Below are positions 1 to 9,571 of a stretch of 64,000 nt of DNA, piece by piece. The DNA is from a virus: the IMG/VR virus record IMGVR_UViG_3300029790_000003, one strand, 5' to 3'. Position 1 is the first letter of the stretch; each line of letters begins with the position of its first letter. The notes under the pieces are model-generated. The model made no database searches. It had not been told where the DNA came from and worked only from the letters and a program-made list of their open reading frames with translations. A program made the position numbers and the translations under genes.

Positions 1-3000
1 CGGCTAATGGAAATCTGCGGTCAATGTCCTCAGCTATGAACATCGGCATTTCTTTGCCATAGCGTTCATCTTGTTCGGATAAATATCCGTCTTTGTACTT
101 CGCCCAGATTACCTTGATTCTGTAGAGGTCTTCCAGTTCATCTTCTTTTATGTTTTTTCCGTTTCCTATTGATTTGTAACGAATCGAAGATGCAGCAGCC
201 GCATTAAGAGTTTTCATATCAGATGCAAAAACAACAGCTGCACTTGCACTAGAGTTCCACGGCAGACCACTCATCGTAACGGACTTATGAAAATTAGCAG
301 AATCATAAAAGTCTGATTTAACATTTACTATCATGGAACCTGAGTTTACTGTTTTGCCACTAAAAAACTGAAAAGCTGTTTTTCCATCATCAGAATAACC
401 ATAAATATCACTTGTTAAAATGGCCATTGTGCCATTATCGTTAACCAAAAGAGGCATTTCTAGATTCAGTAATCCTGCTGAATCGGTTACTCCGTACTTA
501 ATTCCGCTTGAATCAAAAATAAGGCATTTATAGTTATTTTCATTTACATAATCTTTAAATATGGTTAATCCGTCAGGATCAAGCTTACTAGCCCATCCAG
601 TTTCACGGCGGTTCAGTACCTCTAATATCCCATACCCATTATTTTTACCGCCAAGCTTTAATGTGCCACCCTTGGCGTAAGTGAACGAAATATATAGCTG
701 ATTTCCCTCTTTATAAATTCCTTTAATTGCGCCATCATTGGTTAAGAGGTTAAATATTTCTTCATGTGTAAGTGCATCTACATCAATTACAACCGCCATA
801 CTTTGGGAATCTAATGGTTGTGAAAATCCACCCGCCGCGTATAAGGTACATTTTATGGCACTTACATCTCTTGGAATTCCAATTGACCTTCCAGAAGCCG
901 TTGTTATAATTCCTCCCGCTTTAGTTGATAATACCGTATATAAATTATGTGAAACGCTTGTTTCGTCTTTCGCAGAAGAATATACCGTTTTCCAATTTTC
1001 CCCATCTACGGATTCTTCGATTTTAAAACGACCTTTATATGCTGTTCGTGTTTCCGCGTTTCCATCGCGATACCAAGCACTCAAAGTAATATAGCTCGGG
1101 GCTACACTGCCATTCGCGCGTTGCTTAATAACATATGATGGGCTTTCAAGAAAATATGTTCTACCCGGAACTCCTTGTTCTCCCTTAATCTTTGTCCATG
1201 AATAGGCACCGGGGTTAGTGCTATCGGCTTCCGTATAATCTGTATACTGCCCGATGTATTCTTTTCCAGTGCTATCAGATACATCAAAGCCCATCTTACC
1301 ATCCGCGCTGTTTGCGTAAGCTACATGGAAATATGGTGTTCTTCCGTCTGTTCCAGGTTTTCCTGGAGATCCATTTGCCCCATCTGCACCTTTTACAAGC
1401 GTCCATGCATAATCATCCGGGTTAGTGCTATCTTGTAGTTCAAAATCAACATATATACCGATATATTCCCGGTTACTATCAGACACCGAAAAATCGGTTT
1501 TACCATCTGCGCTATTGGCATAAGCAATATGGGTGTAACTTGTTTTTCCATCTCGTCCAGGTTCTCCCGGAAGACCGTTCTTTCCATCGTTTCCCGCATA
1601 AATTTTTGAAATGGAAAATCTTTTGGTCACCGTCAAAGCACTAAGATAAGTTGCCCTAACATCTACCCAACCATCATCGGCTGACAGCCCCGTTACCGTA
1701 TATGTCTTTGCTGAATTGTTCCAGATTCCTGTTATACTATCTGATTTTGTGATTATAAAATTACAATCATCTGTAATATCTTGTGTCCCGTACATTACTA
1801 CAGCATGTGTAATCACATCGCTTGGAAATGTGCCGTAATTTCCATCAGAATCAACAGAAACGCCCTGGTATTCATTGCTCAGTTGCAATGTCATGTTTTT
1901 GGCGAGAGCTGCCGCTTCCTGTGCCTGTTTCGCTGCCGACAATGCGTCCTCAGAATCTTTCAGTGCCTTTGTAACGTCCGTATCTTTCAGCTGTTTCCAA
2001 TAATATCCATTGCCTTCATTTACAAAGCGGTATGCGTGGCTATCGCCATCGTAGTAAATGTCACCGACATGCTTGCTCATTTCGGTATCGTCCAGCCATT
2101 CATTGGCCGGATAATTGCTCAATGTAGGTACTGATGTTCCTGTCCAGGTATTTACATTCCCATCGATCTGCCCCTGCATACTGTTTAACAGTCCATCCAA
2201 AAGAGATGCACCAATCCTAATTGAGGATCCATCCATTATTAATTGATGTTTAGTTATATCGGCAGAAAATATAATATTTCCGCTATTATCACGAACCACC
2301 AAGGCTCCCGTCTTAATCCAGTCAGCATTAACACCTGTAGCCGTAAGGATTCTGGCAATCACATCACCATCAACCGTCATACCGCCATTCCAATGTTGTC
2401 CACCATCTGTAGATACCGCCCATGCTTCTGCGGTCATTTTCCATACAATGTCAGAATCGGATAGCTGTGGTTTGTTGTGAAGATAATAGATATTGCTTCC
2501 GTCCGGCTGTGTTTCCACTGTCGTGTATGTTCCAGAAGATTCCGCAAGGCGTTGTGATAATTCTTCCAGCGCTTTTTCCCTAGAAGTACGCTCATCTCTT
2601 AAGCTTTTTCTATATTCAGATTGTGCCTGTTGATTAAGGGTATATTGCTTCTGTTTGTTTCTTGAAACACTCTTCGCACTGCATTCTAATTGTTCAAAAG
2701 TTCCCGGGTTCAATGTAAGAGAAGTTAAATAACTCTTATGTTCTTCCCCATTCCTATCAGTGATTGTAATAGCATCCCCTGCTTCCAAAGCAATATCGGT
2801 TAGCGCGCTGGTTGTAAAAGGACGAAATTTTAATCCAACACATCTTTCAGCAATTATTGAGCAAATCGTTTGTCCAGTCCCCGGTTGTATTAGCTTATTT
2901 TCGCTAATATCTATGATGTACCCCTCATCCCCTGATTGATATGTTTTAGCGTTACTTTCAGATGAATTGCTTGAATACTCCGTTACTTTTACTCCTGTTA

Positions 3001-3718
3001 TTTCGAGATCGTATAACCAAGGGGTAAATCCGCTTGTATCTTTGGAGGTAATATTAGCTGGAATATTAGATTCTTTTTCATACCATCCGATACACAATCT
3101 ACCGTATGCATCTGTTTTCGCCCACTGACAGCCCATCTGTGCCATCCATGCAATTACCTGTCGAAAAGTAATACTGCTATCATCTGGTCGATTCTGGATT
3201 ACCAAGTCATCATTATCAAATCTGGTTGATTGCAGTGTTACTCCGCACACCTCACAAGCATCCTGGATGATTTGTAATCTGGTTGCCGGGTATGTCAGTT
3301 TGCTATCAGAATAATCACGGTCAAACAATCGCATGGAATCTTCACAAGTTAGGCTGATAATAGCTGTGTTCTGGTATGGGGCATCTGTTACTGTCATGGT
3401 ACAGATACGGATTTTTTCAATACCAGTGGACAATTCAAGTCCAATATGACAAACAACTCTTGCTCCGTCCCAAATGTAATCTGTGTACTTTCCAGAAAAG
3501 TTGTTAATCTGCAAAGTCAGTTTATTTACGATAGCTGCACCAATATCAAAAGAGCCATTTTGCGATACTGCATCCTCAAATTTGAAGCCATTAGACCACA
3601 AGTCCTTGTCGGTAATGGATAATGTGCTTCCGTCCGTAAAGGTAAAATCTGCATATTTCAGATAGTTACGATTCCCACTATTCTGTTGTTCTTTAAATTC
3701 CGTTGATAAATTTCGCAT
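1..3718 (-). CDS. Tail fibre / host-specificity protein, partial (N-terminus at 3718; C-terminus beyond window start)
   Basis: RBS GAGAGG then ATG at 3718. The ORF track lists no closed minus ORF in this frame, so it stays open to position 1. Collagen-like G-X-Y runs (GKNGLPGEPGRDGKT; GANGSPGKPGTDGRT) and ~50-aa tandem repeats (YANSADGK..YIG..DSTNP) are typical of phage fibres. Confidence 0.6.
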   Translation of the reverse strand, partial: MRNLSTEFKEQQNSGNRNYLKYADFTFTDGSTLSITDKDLWSNGFKFEDAVSQNGSFDIGAAIVNKLTLQINNFSGKYTDYIWDGARVVCHIGLELSTGIEKIRICTMTVTDAPYQNTAIISLTCEDSMRLFDRDYSDSKLTYPATRLQIIQDACEVCGVTLQSTRFDNDDLVIQNRPDDSSITFRQVIAWMAQMGCQWAKTDAYGRLCIGWYEKESNIPANITSKDTSGFTPWLYDLEITGVKVTEYSSNSSESNAKTYQSGDEGYIIDISENKLIQPGTGQTICSIIAERCVGLKFRPFTTSALTDIALEAGDAITITDRNGEEHKSYLTSLTLNPGTFEQLECSAKSVSRNKQKQYTLNQQAQSEYRKSLRDERTSREKALEELSQRLAESSGTYTTVETQPDGSNIYYLHNKPQLSDSDIVWKMTAEAWAVSTDGGQHWNGGMTVDGDVIARILTATGVNADWIKTGALVVRDNSGNIIFSADITKHQLIMDGSSIRIGASLLDGLLNSMQGQIDGNVNTWTGTSVPTLSNYPANEWLDDTEMSKHVGDIYYDGDSHAYRFVNEGNGYYWKQLKDTDVTKALKDSEDALSAAKQAQEAAALAKNMTLQLSNEYQGVSVDSDGNYGTFPSDVITHAVVMYGTQDITDDCNFIITKSDSITGIWNNSAKTYTVTGLSADDGWVDVRATYLSALTVTKRFSISKIYAGNDGKNGLPGEPGRDGKTSYTHIAYANSADGKTDFSVSDSNREYIGIYVDFELQDSTNPDDYAWTLVKGADGANGSPGKPGTDGRTPYFHVAYANSADGKMGFDVSDSTGKEYIGQYTDYTEADSTNPGAYSWTKIKGEQGVPGRTYFLESPSYVIKQRANGSVAPSYITLSAWYRDGNAETRTAYKGRFKIEESVDGENWKTVYSSAKDETSVSHNLYTVLSTKAGGIITTASGRSIGIPRDVSAIKCTLYAAGGFSQPLDSQSMAVVIDVDALTHEEIFNLLTNDGAIKGIYKEGNQLYISFTYAKGGTLKLGGKNNGYGILEVLNRRETGWASKLDPDGLTIFKDYVNENNYKCLIFDSSGIKYGVTDSAGLLNLEMPLLVNDNGTMAILTSDIYGYSDDGKTAFQFFSGKTVNSGSMIVNVKSDFYDSANFHKSVTMSGLPWNSSASAAVVFASDMKTLNAAAASSIRYKSIGNGKNIKEDELEDLYRIKVIWAKYKDGYLSEQDERYGKEMPMFIAEDIDRRFPLA

Positions 3719-3721
3719 ATC

Positions 3722-4087
3722 TTACCTCTCGATAAAATCAAAACTAAGTCCTTCCATGCGCTCATTGCCAACCCACCAGCACTTAAAAGGGGATTCCCTG
3801 TCACCAACATAAAATGTTCTGGTTTCGTGCTTGTTTGCAGATAACAAGTCTGGATATGTGACCTGTATGTACTCTGGGTTTACCGCCTGTATAATTTTGC
3901 AAGCAGTGTCCCAATCTGGGCCATTCCAACCTACAGACAGTTTCCGTTTCTGTCCAACTCTGTTTTTATGCATGGTCGTATCGTCTGTTCTGCCGGATTC
4001 TGCCGCTGATATATCCTGTAATCCCCATGTAAAAGAAGAAGGACAGGGCAATGCTACCCCATCCACTTTAAGAAATACTTCTGCCAT
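3722..4087 (-). CDS. Hypothetical protein (121 aa), tail-associated by position
   Basis: ORF with RBS, immediately upstream of the fibre gene, 4-nt intergenic gap. Confidence 0.5.
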   Translation of the reverse strand: MAEVFLKVDGVALPCPSSFTWGLQDISAAESGRTDDTTMHKNRVGQKRKLSVGWNGPDWDTACKIIQAVNPEYIQVTYPDLLSANKHETRTFYVGDRESPFKCWWVGNERMEGLSFDFIER

Positions 4088-4261
4088 ATGCTAACCCTCA
4101 GAAAGGGGGATATATCCCCCTTAATTTATTTAAAGTTTCATACTATAAAGAGAAAAATTCAAAAATTTGTCCTCATTTTTGGCAACAAAAAAGCGCCTAC
4201 CCCGAAAAGTAAACGCTTTAAAAATTGCTTATTATGATTTTATATCATAGCATAGGTGGTT

Positions 4262-4287
4262 GGTATCATTCAGTATATTATGGTATC
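4262..4287 (-). promoter_or_regulatory. Late-operon motif copy S1 (minus-strand GATACCATAATATACTGAATGATACC)
   Basis: Near-identical 25-26 bp element recurs at 20063-20088 and 29304-29328, each 70-175 nt upstream of a minus-strand structural operon. Confidence 0.55.
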
Positions 4288-4383
4288 ATTTCAATAATCT
4301 TTTCACATATGCATAAACAACTTTCAGCCAGTGGCTATTATCGCAATTCTGTACGAGATTAATAATCTCTGTCTTATAGTAAT

Positions 4384-4680
4384 TCATTCCACAATTCCTC
4401 CTAACATTCTAATCAATTTCTGTTTGCGGTTATACTTCAAAATCTCGGAAATCTGCCCCATCATATCATCCATCGTCATGTTGCTCTTCATGCTGTTGCA
4501 GCGCTTACACGCCAGTTGCAGATTCTTAATATCATTGGTGCCGCCCCGGGACAACGGCGTAATGTGGTCGATTGTCATTTTCTTGAATTTGACAGGTTTA
4601 CCGCATATCGCACATTTTCCGTTGCACTTGGCGTACACACTCTTTTTCTGAAAGTCATTGAACTGGATTCTGTTTGCCAT
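4384..4680 (-). CDS. HNH endonuclease (98 aa)
   Basis: CxxC...DHIxP...N...CxxCN HNH motif (CAICGK..DHITPLSRGG..NLQLACKRCNSMK). Confidence 0.75.
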   Translation of the reverse strand: MANRIQFNDFQKKSVYAKCNGKCAICGKPVKFKKMTIDHITPLSRGGTNDIKNLQLACKRCNSMKSNMTMDDMMGQISEILKYNRKQKLIRMLGGIVE

Positions 4681-4684
4681 ACGA

Positions 4685-4867
4685 TCACGCTTTCCCGATT
4701 AACTGTTTGGTAAAGAGATACATTCCCTTTAATTTTGACAGGTCTTTCAAATTGATAAGATTTTCAATGATTCTCTGGCGGTACATATACTCATCCAGAA
4801 GCACTAAGCACTCGTTGTTATCTGCGTTCAGTTCGTCGATTGTTTTCTGTAATTCAGCTTTTGTCAT
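4685..4867 (-). CDS. Hypothetical protein (60 aa)
   Basis: Short ORF, coiled-coil-like, tightly packed between neighbours. Confidence 0.35.
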   Translation of the reverse strand: MTKAELQKTIDELNADNNECLVLLDEYMYRQRIIENLINLKDLSKLKGMYLFTKQLIGKA

Positions 4868-4903
4868 TTTATTTTCCTCCTGTGTATCCCTGTAAAAATC
4901 TGA

Positions 4904-5719
4904 TTATGCGATTTCTACTCTGTATGCAATCATCATTTCTTTAATCACGCTAACGTAAATCTCTTTCAGCCGCTTATTCTGCATAATCACGGACAGTTTG
5001 TTGATCTGGTTAGTCTGTTCCTTGGTGCATCCTCTTTCCTCGGCTCTGGAAATCGCATTTCTAAGTTGCTGATCTAATCGGCAACCAGCCCTGTCCGATA
5101 ATCTGCGGTAGCTTTCGTTTCTGGCGGCGGCATATTTATTTCCGAATGAGTAAGAAAAATCATCGCTTTCAGCAATCTTTGAAATACATCTGTTTACCCA
5201 CTTCTCTGTTCCAACATCGGAATCTGTTCCCTTAAAGGTATCAATGATGGTTTTCATGTTTTTCTCTTGTTGGTCTGCACGTTCCGCAAGTTTCTTCTGT
5301 TCCAGTTCAGTCTTGGCTACCTGTTGAAAAATCTGATTAAACATTTGCAGTTCGGGGGACAGCTGATTAATGTTGATTGCTGTCTGCTTGTATTTCTCTT
5401 CCACTTGGATGAAATACTTGCGAACCTGTTTCCCTTTGTCGTTGCGCTCAAGCATTGCCATTTCTTTGGCGGTGTCAAGTTTGATGAGGTATTCTAATTT
5501 CGGTCTACCCCCCATAGGTTTTTCATTATTTTGTGAAAAACTCTGATAATCCTCATTTTCTATTGCGTCACACTCTTTCAGACGTGTTTTTATCCAATCT
5601 GTATACTGGCGCTTACTACCAAGGCACTCATATAATTCTGAACCATATACTACTTTTTCACCTGTACTTGTCTCATACACAGGAACTAATTCATTTTCAA
5701 TAACTTTTAAATCTGCCAT
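4904..5719 (-). CDS. Phage antirepressor, AntA/ORF6N N-terminal domain
   Basis: N-terminal pattern VVYGSELYECLG..YTDWIKTRL..EDYQ and AKEMAMLERNDKGKQVRKYFIQVE match AntA/ORF6N family signatures. Confidence 0.6.
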   Translation of the reverse strand: MADLKVIENELVPVYETSTGEKVVYGSELYECLGSKRQYTDWIKTRLKECDAIENEDYQSFSQNNEKPMGGRPKLEYLIKLDTAKEMAMLERNDKGKQVRKYFIQVEEKYKQTAININQLSPELQMFNQIFQQVAKTELEQKKLAERADQQEKNMKTIIDTFKGTDSDVGTEKWVNRCISKIAESDDFSYSFGNKYAAARNESYRRLSDRAGCRLDQQLRNAISRAEERGCTKEQTNQINKLSVIMQNKRLKEIYVSVIKEMMIAYRVEIA

Positions 5720-5834
5720 ATAAAAATCTCCTTTCAGATATTGAATTACCGCAAAGGAAATGGTATGATAGATTTAACAAATCCTTTGCGGTTTGTGTGT
5801 TAAGCGGTTGTAACTTTCCTAGGGTGGCAACCGC

Positions 5835-6029
5835 TTATTTTGTTTCATTTTCGTACTGAATTTCAATCCCTTTTCTAATTACTTTCGACCTGTCACTCCC
5901 TTCTTTTCTAACCAAGTAATCCAATTTTTCCAATGTTTCCTTGTCAATCCTCGTTCTCAGCATAAAGTCCTTTGGATTGTCTTTGATTTTTTGCCCCTTT
6001 ATTGGTGACATATTAAAACCTCCTTTCAA
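5835..6029 (-). CDS. Small putative DNA-binding protein (RHH-like)
   Basis: 64-aa ORF; beta-strand plus helix pattern (MLRTRIDKETLEKLDYLVRKEG) resembles ribbon-helix-helix regulators. Confidence 0.4.
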   Translation of the reverse strand: MKGGFNMSPIKGQKIKDNPKDFMLRTRIDKETLEKLDYLVRKEGSDRSKVIRKGIEIQYENETK

Positions 6030-6174
6030 ATTGTTGCTACATTTTGCATATACTTAATATATCACTTTGTAGCAACTAAATCAAGCATTATTTTAAATTT
6101 TTTCAAATTTCTTATTCCACTATCCGTTTTGGAGTGGTAAAATATGTGTATCACATTAAAGAGGGGGATTTTAC

Positions 6175-6906
6175 ATGAAAAGAAAATTTGTTATGGTTTT
6201 GGCTTTAACATCCATTTTTTCAAGTGTTACGCCTGTGTTCGCTAAAACAGATAAAGAAATTCTTTTTAGGGATATTCCGTGGGGAACTTCTTTCTCAGAT
6301 ACAAAGGATTTGTTTCCAGATCAGTGTCTTTATGGCATGCAATTAGATGGGATAAATGCAATGAGTACAAAAGAAATATTAACTGGCATGTCTGACGATT
6401 CCAATGTTTATGATGGTAAAATTTGCCTTTATGCTCAGCCATTAGATATTGCAGATGTAGATGTAGCTGGATATTCTACTCCTTACTTGAATTTTTACTA
6501 TTCTTATAGCATTAATGAAAATAAAATAGATTTTGATGATAGTAACACTTTGTTATATGGTGCACAATATGAATTTGAACCGAAAGATATAGACTCTATG
6601 TATTCTGATTTACTTGAAAAACTTTCATCTGTCTATGGTAATCCTGATAAAACAGAGAGCGATACTACTCAATGGGGAATAAAAAATATTTATACATGGT
6701 GGTATGGTGCTAACAATACTTCTTTAGTTCTTCGGGCATATGATTTATCAGATTATGATGATGATTTAGAAAATAACAAAATATATATTTCTTATGCCTG
6801 GCAAAAAGGAGATGAATTATTAAAAACTGCCGATGATACAATCAGTCAATCGAATAGTGATACCGAAGCAAGTGTATACGGAAATGGTTCCACCAACGGA
6901 TTATAA
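6175..6906 (+). CDS. Secreted protein with signal peptide, D/Y/N-rich (243 aa); only plus-strand gene in the first 39 kb
   Basis: RBS GAGGGGG then ATG; N-terminal signal peptide (VLALTSIFSSVTPVFA-KT); AT-richer codon usage than neighbours. Confidence 0.65.
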   Translation: MKRKFVMVLALTSIFSSVTPVFAKTDKEILFRDIPWGTSFSDTKDLFPDQCLYGMQLDGINAMSTKEILTGMSDDSNVYDGKICLYAQPLDIADVDVAGYSTPYLNFYYSYSINENKIDFDDSNTLLYGAQYEFEPKDIDSMYSDLLEKLSSVYGNPDKTESDTTQWGIKNIYTWWYGANNTSLVLRAYDLSDYDDDLENNKIYISYAWQKGDELLKTADDTISQSNSDTEASVYGNGSTNGL

Positions 6907-6908
6907 AA

Positions 6909-6930
6909 GGCTAGGGATTTCTCCCTAGCC
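6909..6930. terminator. Bidirectional hairpin terminator between convergent genes
   Basis: GGCTAGGGA-TTTC-TCCCTAGCC 9-bp stem; T-rich tail on the minus strand. Confidence 0.55.
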
Positions 6931-6940
6931 TAATTCCTAT

Positions 6941-8047
6941 TTACCATTCTGGTGCTGGCATATCACGAACATCGTATGACATATTTACGTATACTTCATA
7001 ACGATCTGGAATTATTGTATTATAATTTAAATCAGTTGGAAAATATGATTGTAAGTAATCAACACTTCCTTTTCTTTGAACATTAGCAAACAAACCATCG
7101 TCACATCCAATTATTCTATTATTTTTATAGTATACAACTGCCATATGGGTTCCACGATTGTTTTTTCCGTTATTCTTAACTGTTAAAACAACACCCTCTG
7201 TTCCTAAATTTGATGTATACGTAATATTCTTTGCATTAAAATCAAAATATGATACATTTTCTGTTTTTAAATTAATTTTTACAGAATCCCATTGACTTCC
7301 ATAATTTGTCATTAATGTAGCATATTTCATCCCTGGCTCAATTACACACGTATCATACTGATTACTTACTGAAACTATTTGTCCATTCAAACAAAAGGCA
7401 CAACTAATGTCAACCGCAACCGCATAATTGTAATTATTTTGAAGAATTATAACTTCTCCCCTTGGCGTTGCTTCTGCGTGATACGTTACATTGTTTTTTG
7501 AAGTACTCGTATTACCGCCAAATCCACCATTAGAAGGCTTTTTCACAGTAACTTTACAGGTAAATTTCTTTCCAAGAATGGTTGCTGTAATATTGGCGGT
7601 TCCTGCCTTTTTCGCAGTAATTTTTCCATTTTTTACGGTCGCAACGCTTTTCTTTGATGATTTCCATTTTACAGTCTGCTTAGTTCCTTTTACTTTTATG
7701 GTACTTGTCTTTCCAACTTTTAAAATAAGGCTTTTCTTGCTAAGTTTTGGAGATTCCACAGTTACTTTGCAAGTATACTTCTTTTTACCCACTTTTGCAG
7801 TGATTGTAGCAGAACCCGATTTCTTGGCTGTTACTTTCCCAGAACCACTTACCGTTGCCACAGATTTCTTGCTGGAAGTCCATTTTGTCTTTCCTTTTGT
7901 TCCAGACAATTTCAGTTTCAAGGTTTGTCCAGTAAGTAACGTTGCCTTATTCTTACTAATCTTCCCTGCCGCAGATACTGGAACTGCCATACAGACAATC
8001 AATAGCATGACTGCCAGAACCGATAGTAACTTTTTCACTTTCTTCAT
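6941..8047 (-). CDS. Secreted protein with two Big_2 (bacterial Ig-like) repeats (368 aa)
   Basis: Signal peptide; two ~55-aa repeats (KWxSSKKSVATV..GK.TAKK.G.A.ITA...GKK.TCKVTV) typical of Big_2. Confidence 0.65.
   Translation of the reverse strand: MKKVKKLLSVLAVMLLIVCMAVPVSAAGKISKNKATLLTGQTLKLKLSGTKGKTKWTSSKKSVATVSGSGKVTAKKSGSATITAKVGKKKYTCKVTVESPKLSKKSLILKVGKTSTIKVKGTKQTVKWKSSKKSVATVKNGKITAKKAGTANITATILGKKFTCKVTVKKPSNGGFGGNTSTSKNNVTYHAEATPRGEVIILQNNYNYAVAVDISCAFCLNGQIVSVSNQYDTCVIEPGMKYATLMTNYGSQWDSVKINLKTENVSYFDFNAKNITYTSNLGTEGVVLTVKNNGKNNRGTHMAVVYYKNNRIIGCDDGLFANVQRKGSVDYLQSYFPTDLNYNTIIPDRYEVYVNMSYDVRDMPAPEW
7552..7927 (-). repeat. Tandem ~190-bp coding repeat (two Big_2 domains)
   Basis: Protein-level duplication visible in translation. 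Confidence 0.45.
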
Positions 8048-8110
8048 ACACTCATACCTCCCAATAATTGATACCCATATTGTACCACTTTGGGACGCAT
8101 TCTGAAAGCC

Positions 8111-8344
8111 TTATTTCGCTTTTCTATCAATTTCCGCAGTTACGGCAAACAAAAGAGCTTCGGCAAATTTTGCGCCAACCGAATCGGAGTATTTATCGTG
8201 AATCTGGCTTGCTTCCATGGTGAGATTTTCCCACTGCGAAATATCGTCCTTTGAGATAAAGGCATACTTCTTGTGGAGGTTCCATATTTCCTGCCAGATG
8301 GAAAAATAAGTCTGCTTAAAGTCCATCAGCGTAAAGAACCCCAT
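8111..8344 (-). CDS. Hypothetical protein (77 aa)
   Basis: ORF only. Confidence 0.35.
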   Translation of the reverse strand: MGFFTLMDFKQTYFSIWQEIWNLHKKYAFISKDDISQWENLTMEASQIHDKYSDSVGAKFAEALLFAVTAEIDRKAK

Positions 8345-8621
8345 GATATTTCTCGAACCTATGCTCTTGCTTTATTTCTGGGTATTTGTTCCAATCTACC
8401 TTGCTATAAAACATCTTTGTTGGCCTGGCAAATAGTTCCTTACCGCCATACAAAGCTCTGTATACTACCAAATCTTCCCCTGTTTCTGTATGTCTGGCAT
8501 ATCCGATAAACTTATACAAATACTCGTTGTTGCGTGGCTCCTTGATGGTTTCTCTCTTAAAGTGCTGTACAATGTCTCCTGGTTCAAATAATGGTCTATA
8601 CATTTTCTTTCTCCTCCTCAC
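8316..8621 (-). CDS. Hypothetical protein (101 aa)
   Basis: ORF only. Confidence 0.4.
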   Translation of the reverse strand: MRRRKKMYRPLFEPGDIVQHFKRETIKEPRNNEYLYKFIGYARHTETGEDLVVYRALYGGKELFARPTKMFYSKVDWNKYPEIKQEHRFEKYHGVLYADGL

Positions 8622-8878
8622 CCAGCTAAAAGAATATCTCCAGGATTAACTTCATGGAGTTTTGTTATCTCAACATCTTTCTTACTCTCCCCTTCCCAAA
8701 TCAAGCCAAGGCTCAGAGCGATTCCTTTAGCTTCGTTTTCACTTCTGGCGCATACAAGCACATCATTAATACCCATATCGCATTCTATTCTCTTTGTTCT
8801 TGAAACCAAGTAAAGATTCCCGTTTATTTCCATGCTAACGTCCTCCATAATTTGTTGACTTCTTCGCCCGAAAATCAA
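8618..8878 (-). CDS. Hypothetical protein (86 aa)
   Basis: ORF only; 4-nt overlap with downstream gene. Confidence 0.4.
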   Translation of the reverse strand: MIFGRRSQQIMEDVSMEINGNLYLVSRTKRIECDMGINDVLVCARSENEAKGIALSLGLIWEGESKKDVEITKLHEVNPGDILLAG

Positions 8879-8938
8879 TTTTATTGGCTTATGCCTATAT
8901 TTTATAGTGTGAGTGGTTTTGTAGCGGATCCGGTTATT

Positions 8939-9571
8939 TTATCGCAGTAATTCTTTATCAATAATCTGGAAATTTGCCCTGTGGATATAAAGAGCTTTTC
9001 CGTCAATCATTAACTTTGTCATTTTAGGTAGATCGTCCGGGATTTTCCAGAACACCTCGTCACCAGAATATGCGGCTATCGGTTGTCCAAGTTGAGATTT
9101 GATTACTACAACCCTGGATTTCCCAAAATAATTTTTATAATAATTCACAATCCCGGCTATGTATGCATTCTCTGAAATCTTCCCGGTTGAATGGCTGGTA
9201 ATATCTTCCTGGGTAAAATCAACCTCCGGCTCCAATCCTTTTTGCTCAAAAATACAAGTATCACCACAGCTTTCAATTTCTTTACCGTCAATCAGAATTG
9301 TAATAACGGAAGATACGTCATAGCTGGTTGTTTCGTTACCCTCACTATCGTAGCCCTTGGATTTGGTTTTATTCCCGGCAATGTTGATCTTGTCCCCAGT
9401 GGTAGTCATAACCTTTTGACCGTAGTTGTCGTAGGTATAGATTGTGTAACTGTTTCCAGAAAGATTTCCTTTCACGTCATTCATGTAATCGTCATTCGCT
9501 GCACAGCCTGTTAGCCCTGTGATAACGCAAATAAAGGTAATTATCGCCAGTAGTGTTTTGATTCTTTTCAT
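8939..9571 (-). CDS. Lipoprotein (210 aa)
   Basis: Signal peptide with lipobox LTGC (ITGLTGCAAN). Confidence 0.65.
   Translation of the reverse strand: MKRIKTLLAIITFICVITGLTGCAANDDYMNDVKGNLSGNSYTIYTYDNYGQKVMTTTGDKINIAGNKTKSKGYDSEGNETTSYDVSSVITILIDGKEIESCGDTCIFEQKGLEPEVDFTQEDITSHSTGKISENAYIAGIVNYYKNYFGKSRVVVIKSQLGQPIAAYSGDEVFWKIPDDLPKMTKLMIDGKALYIHRANFQIIDKELLR

Noticed and set aside
7491-8105. Plus-strand ORF of 204 aa antisense to the Big_2 protein gene (similar antisense ORFs at 12355..12783, 13432..13917, 15841..16173, 25428..25934)
   Set aside because: They lie wholly inside long, well-supported minus-strand genes with RBS and domain signatures; composition reflects the reverse frame of real coding sequence.
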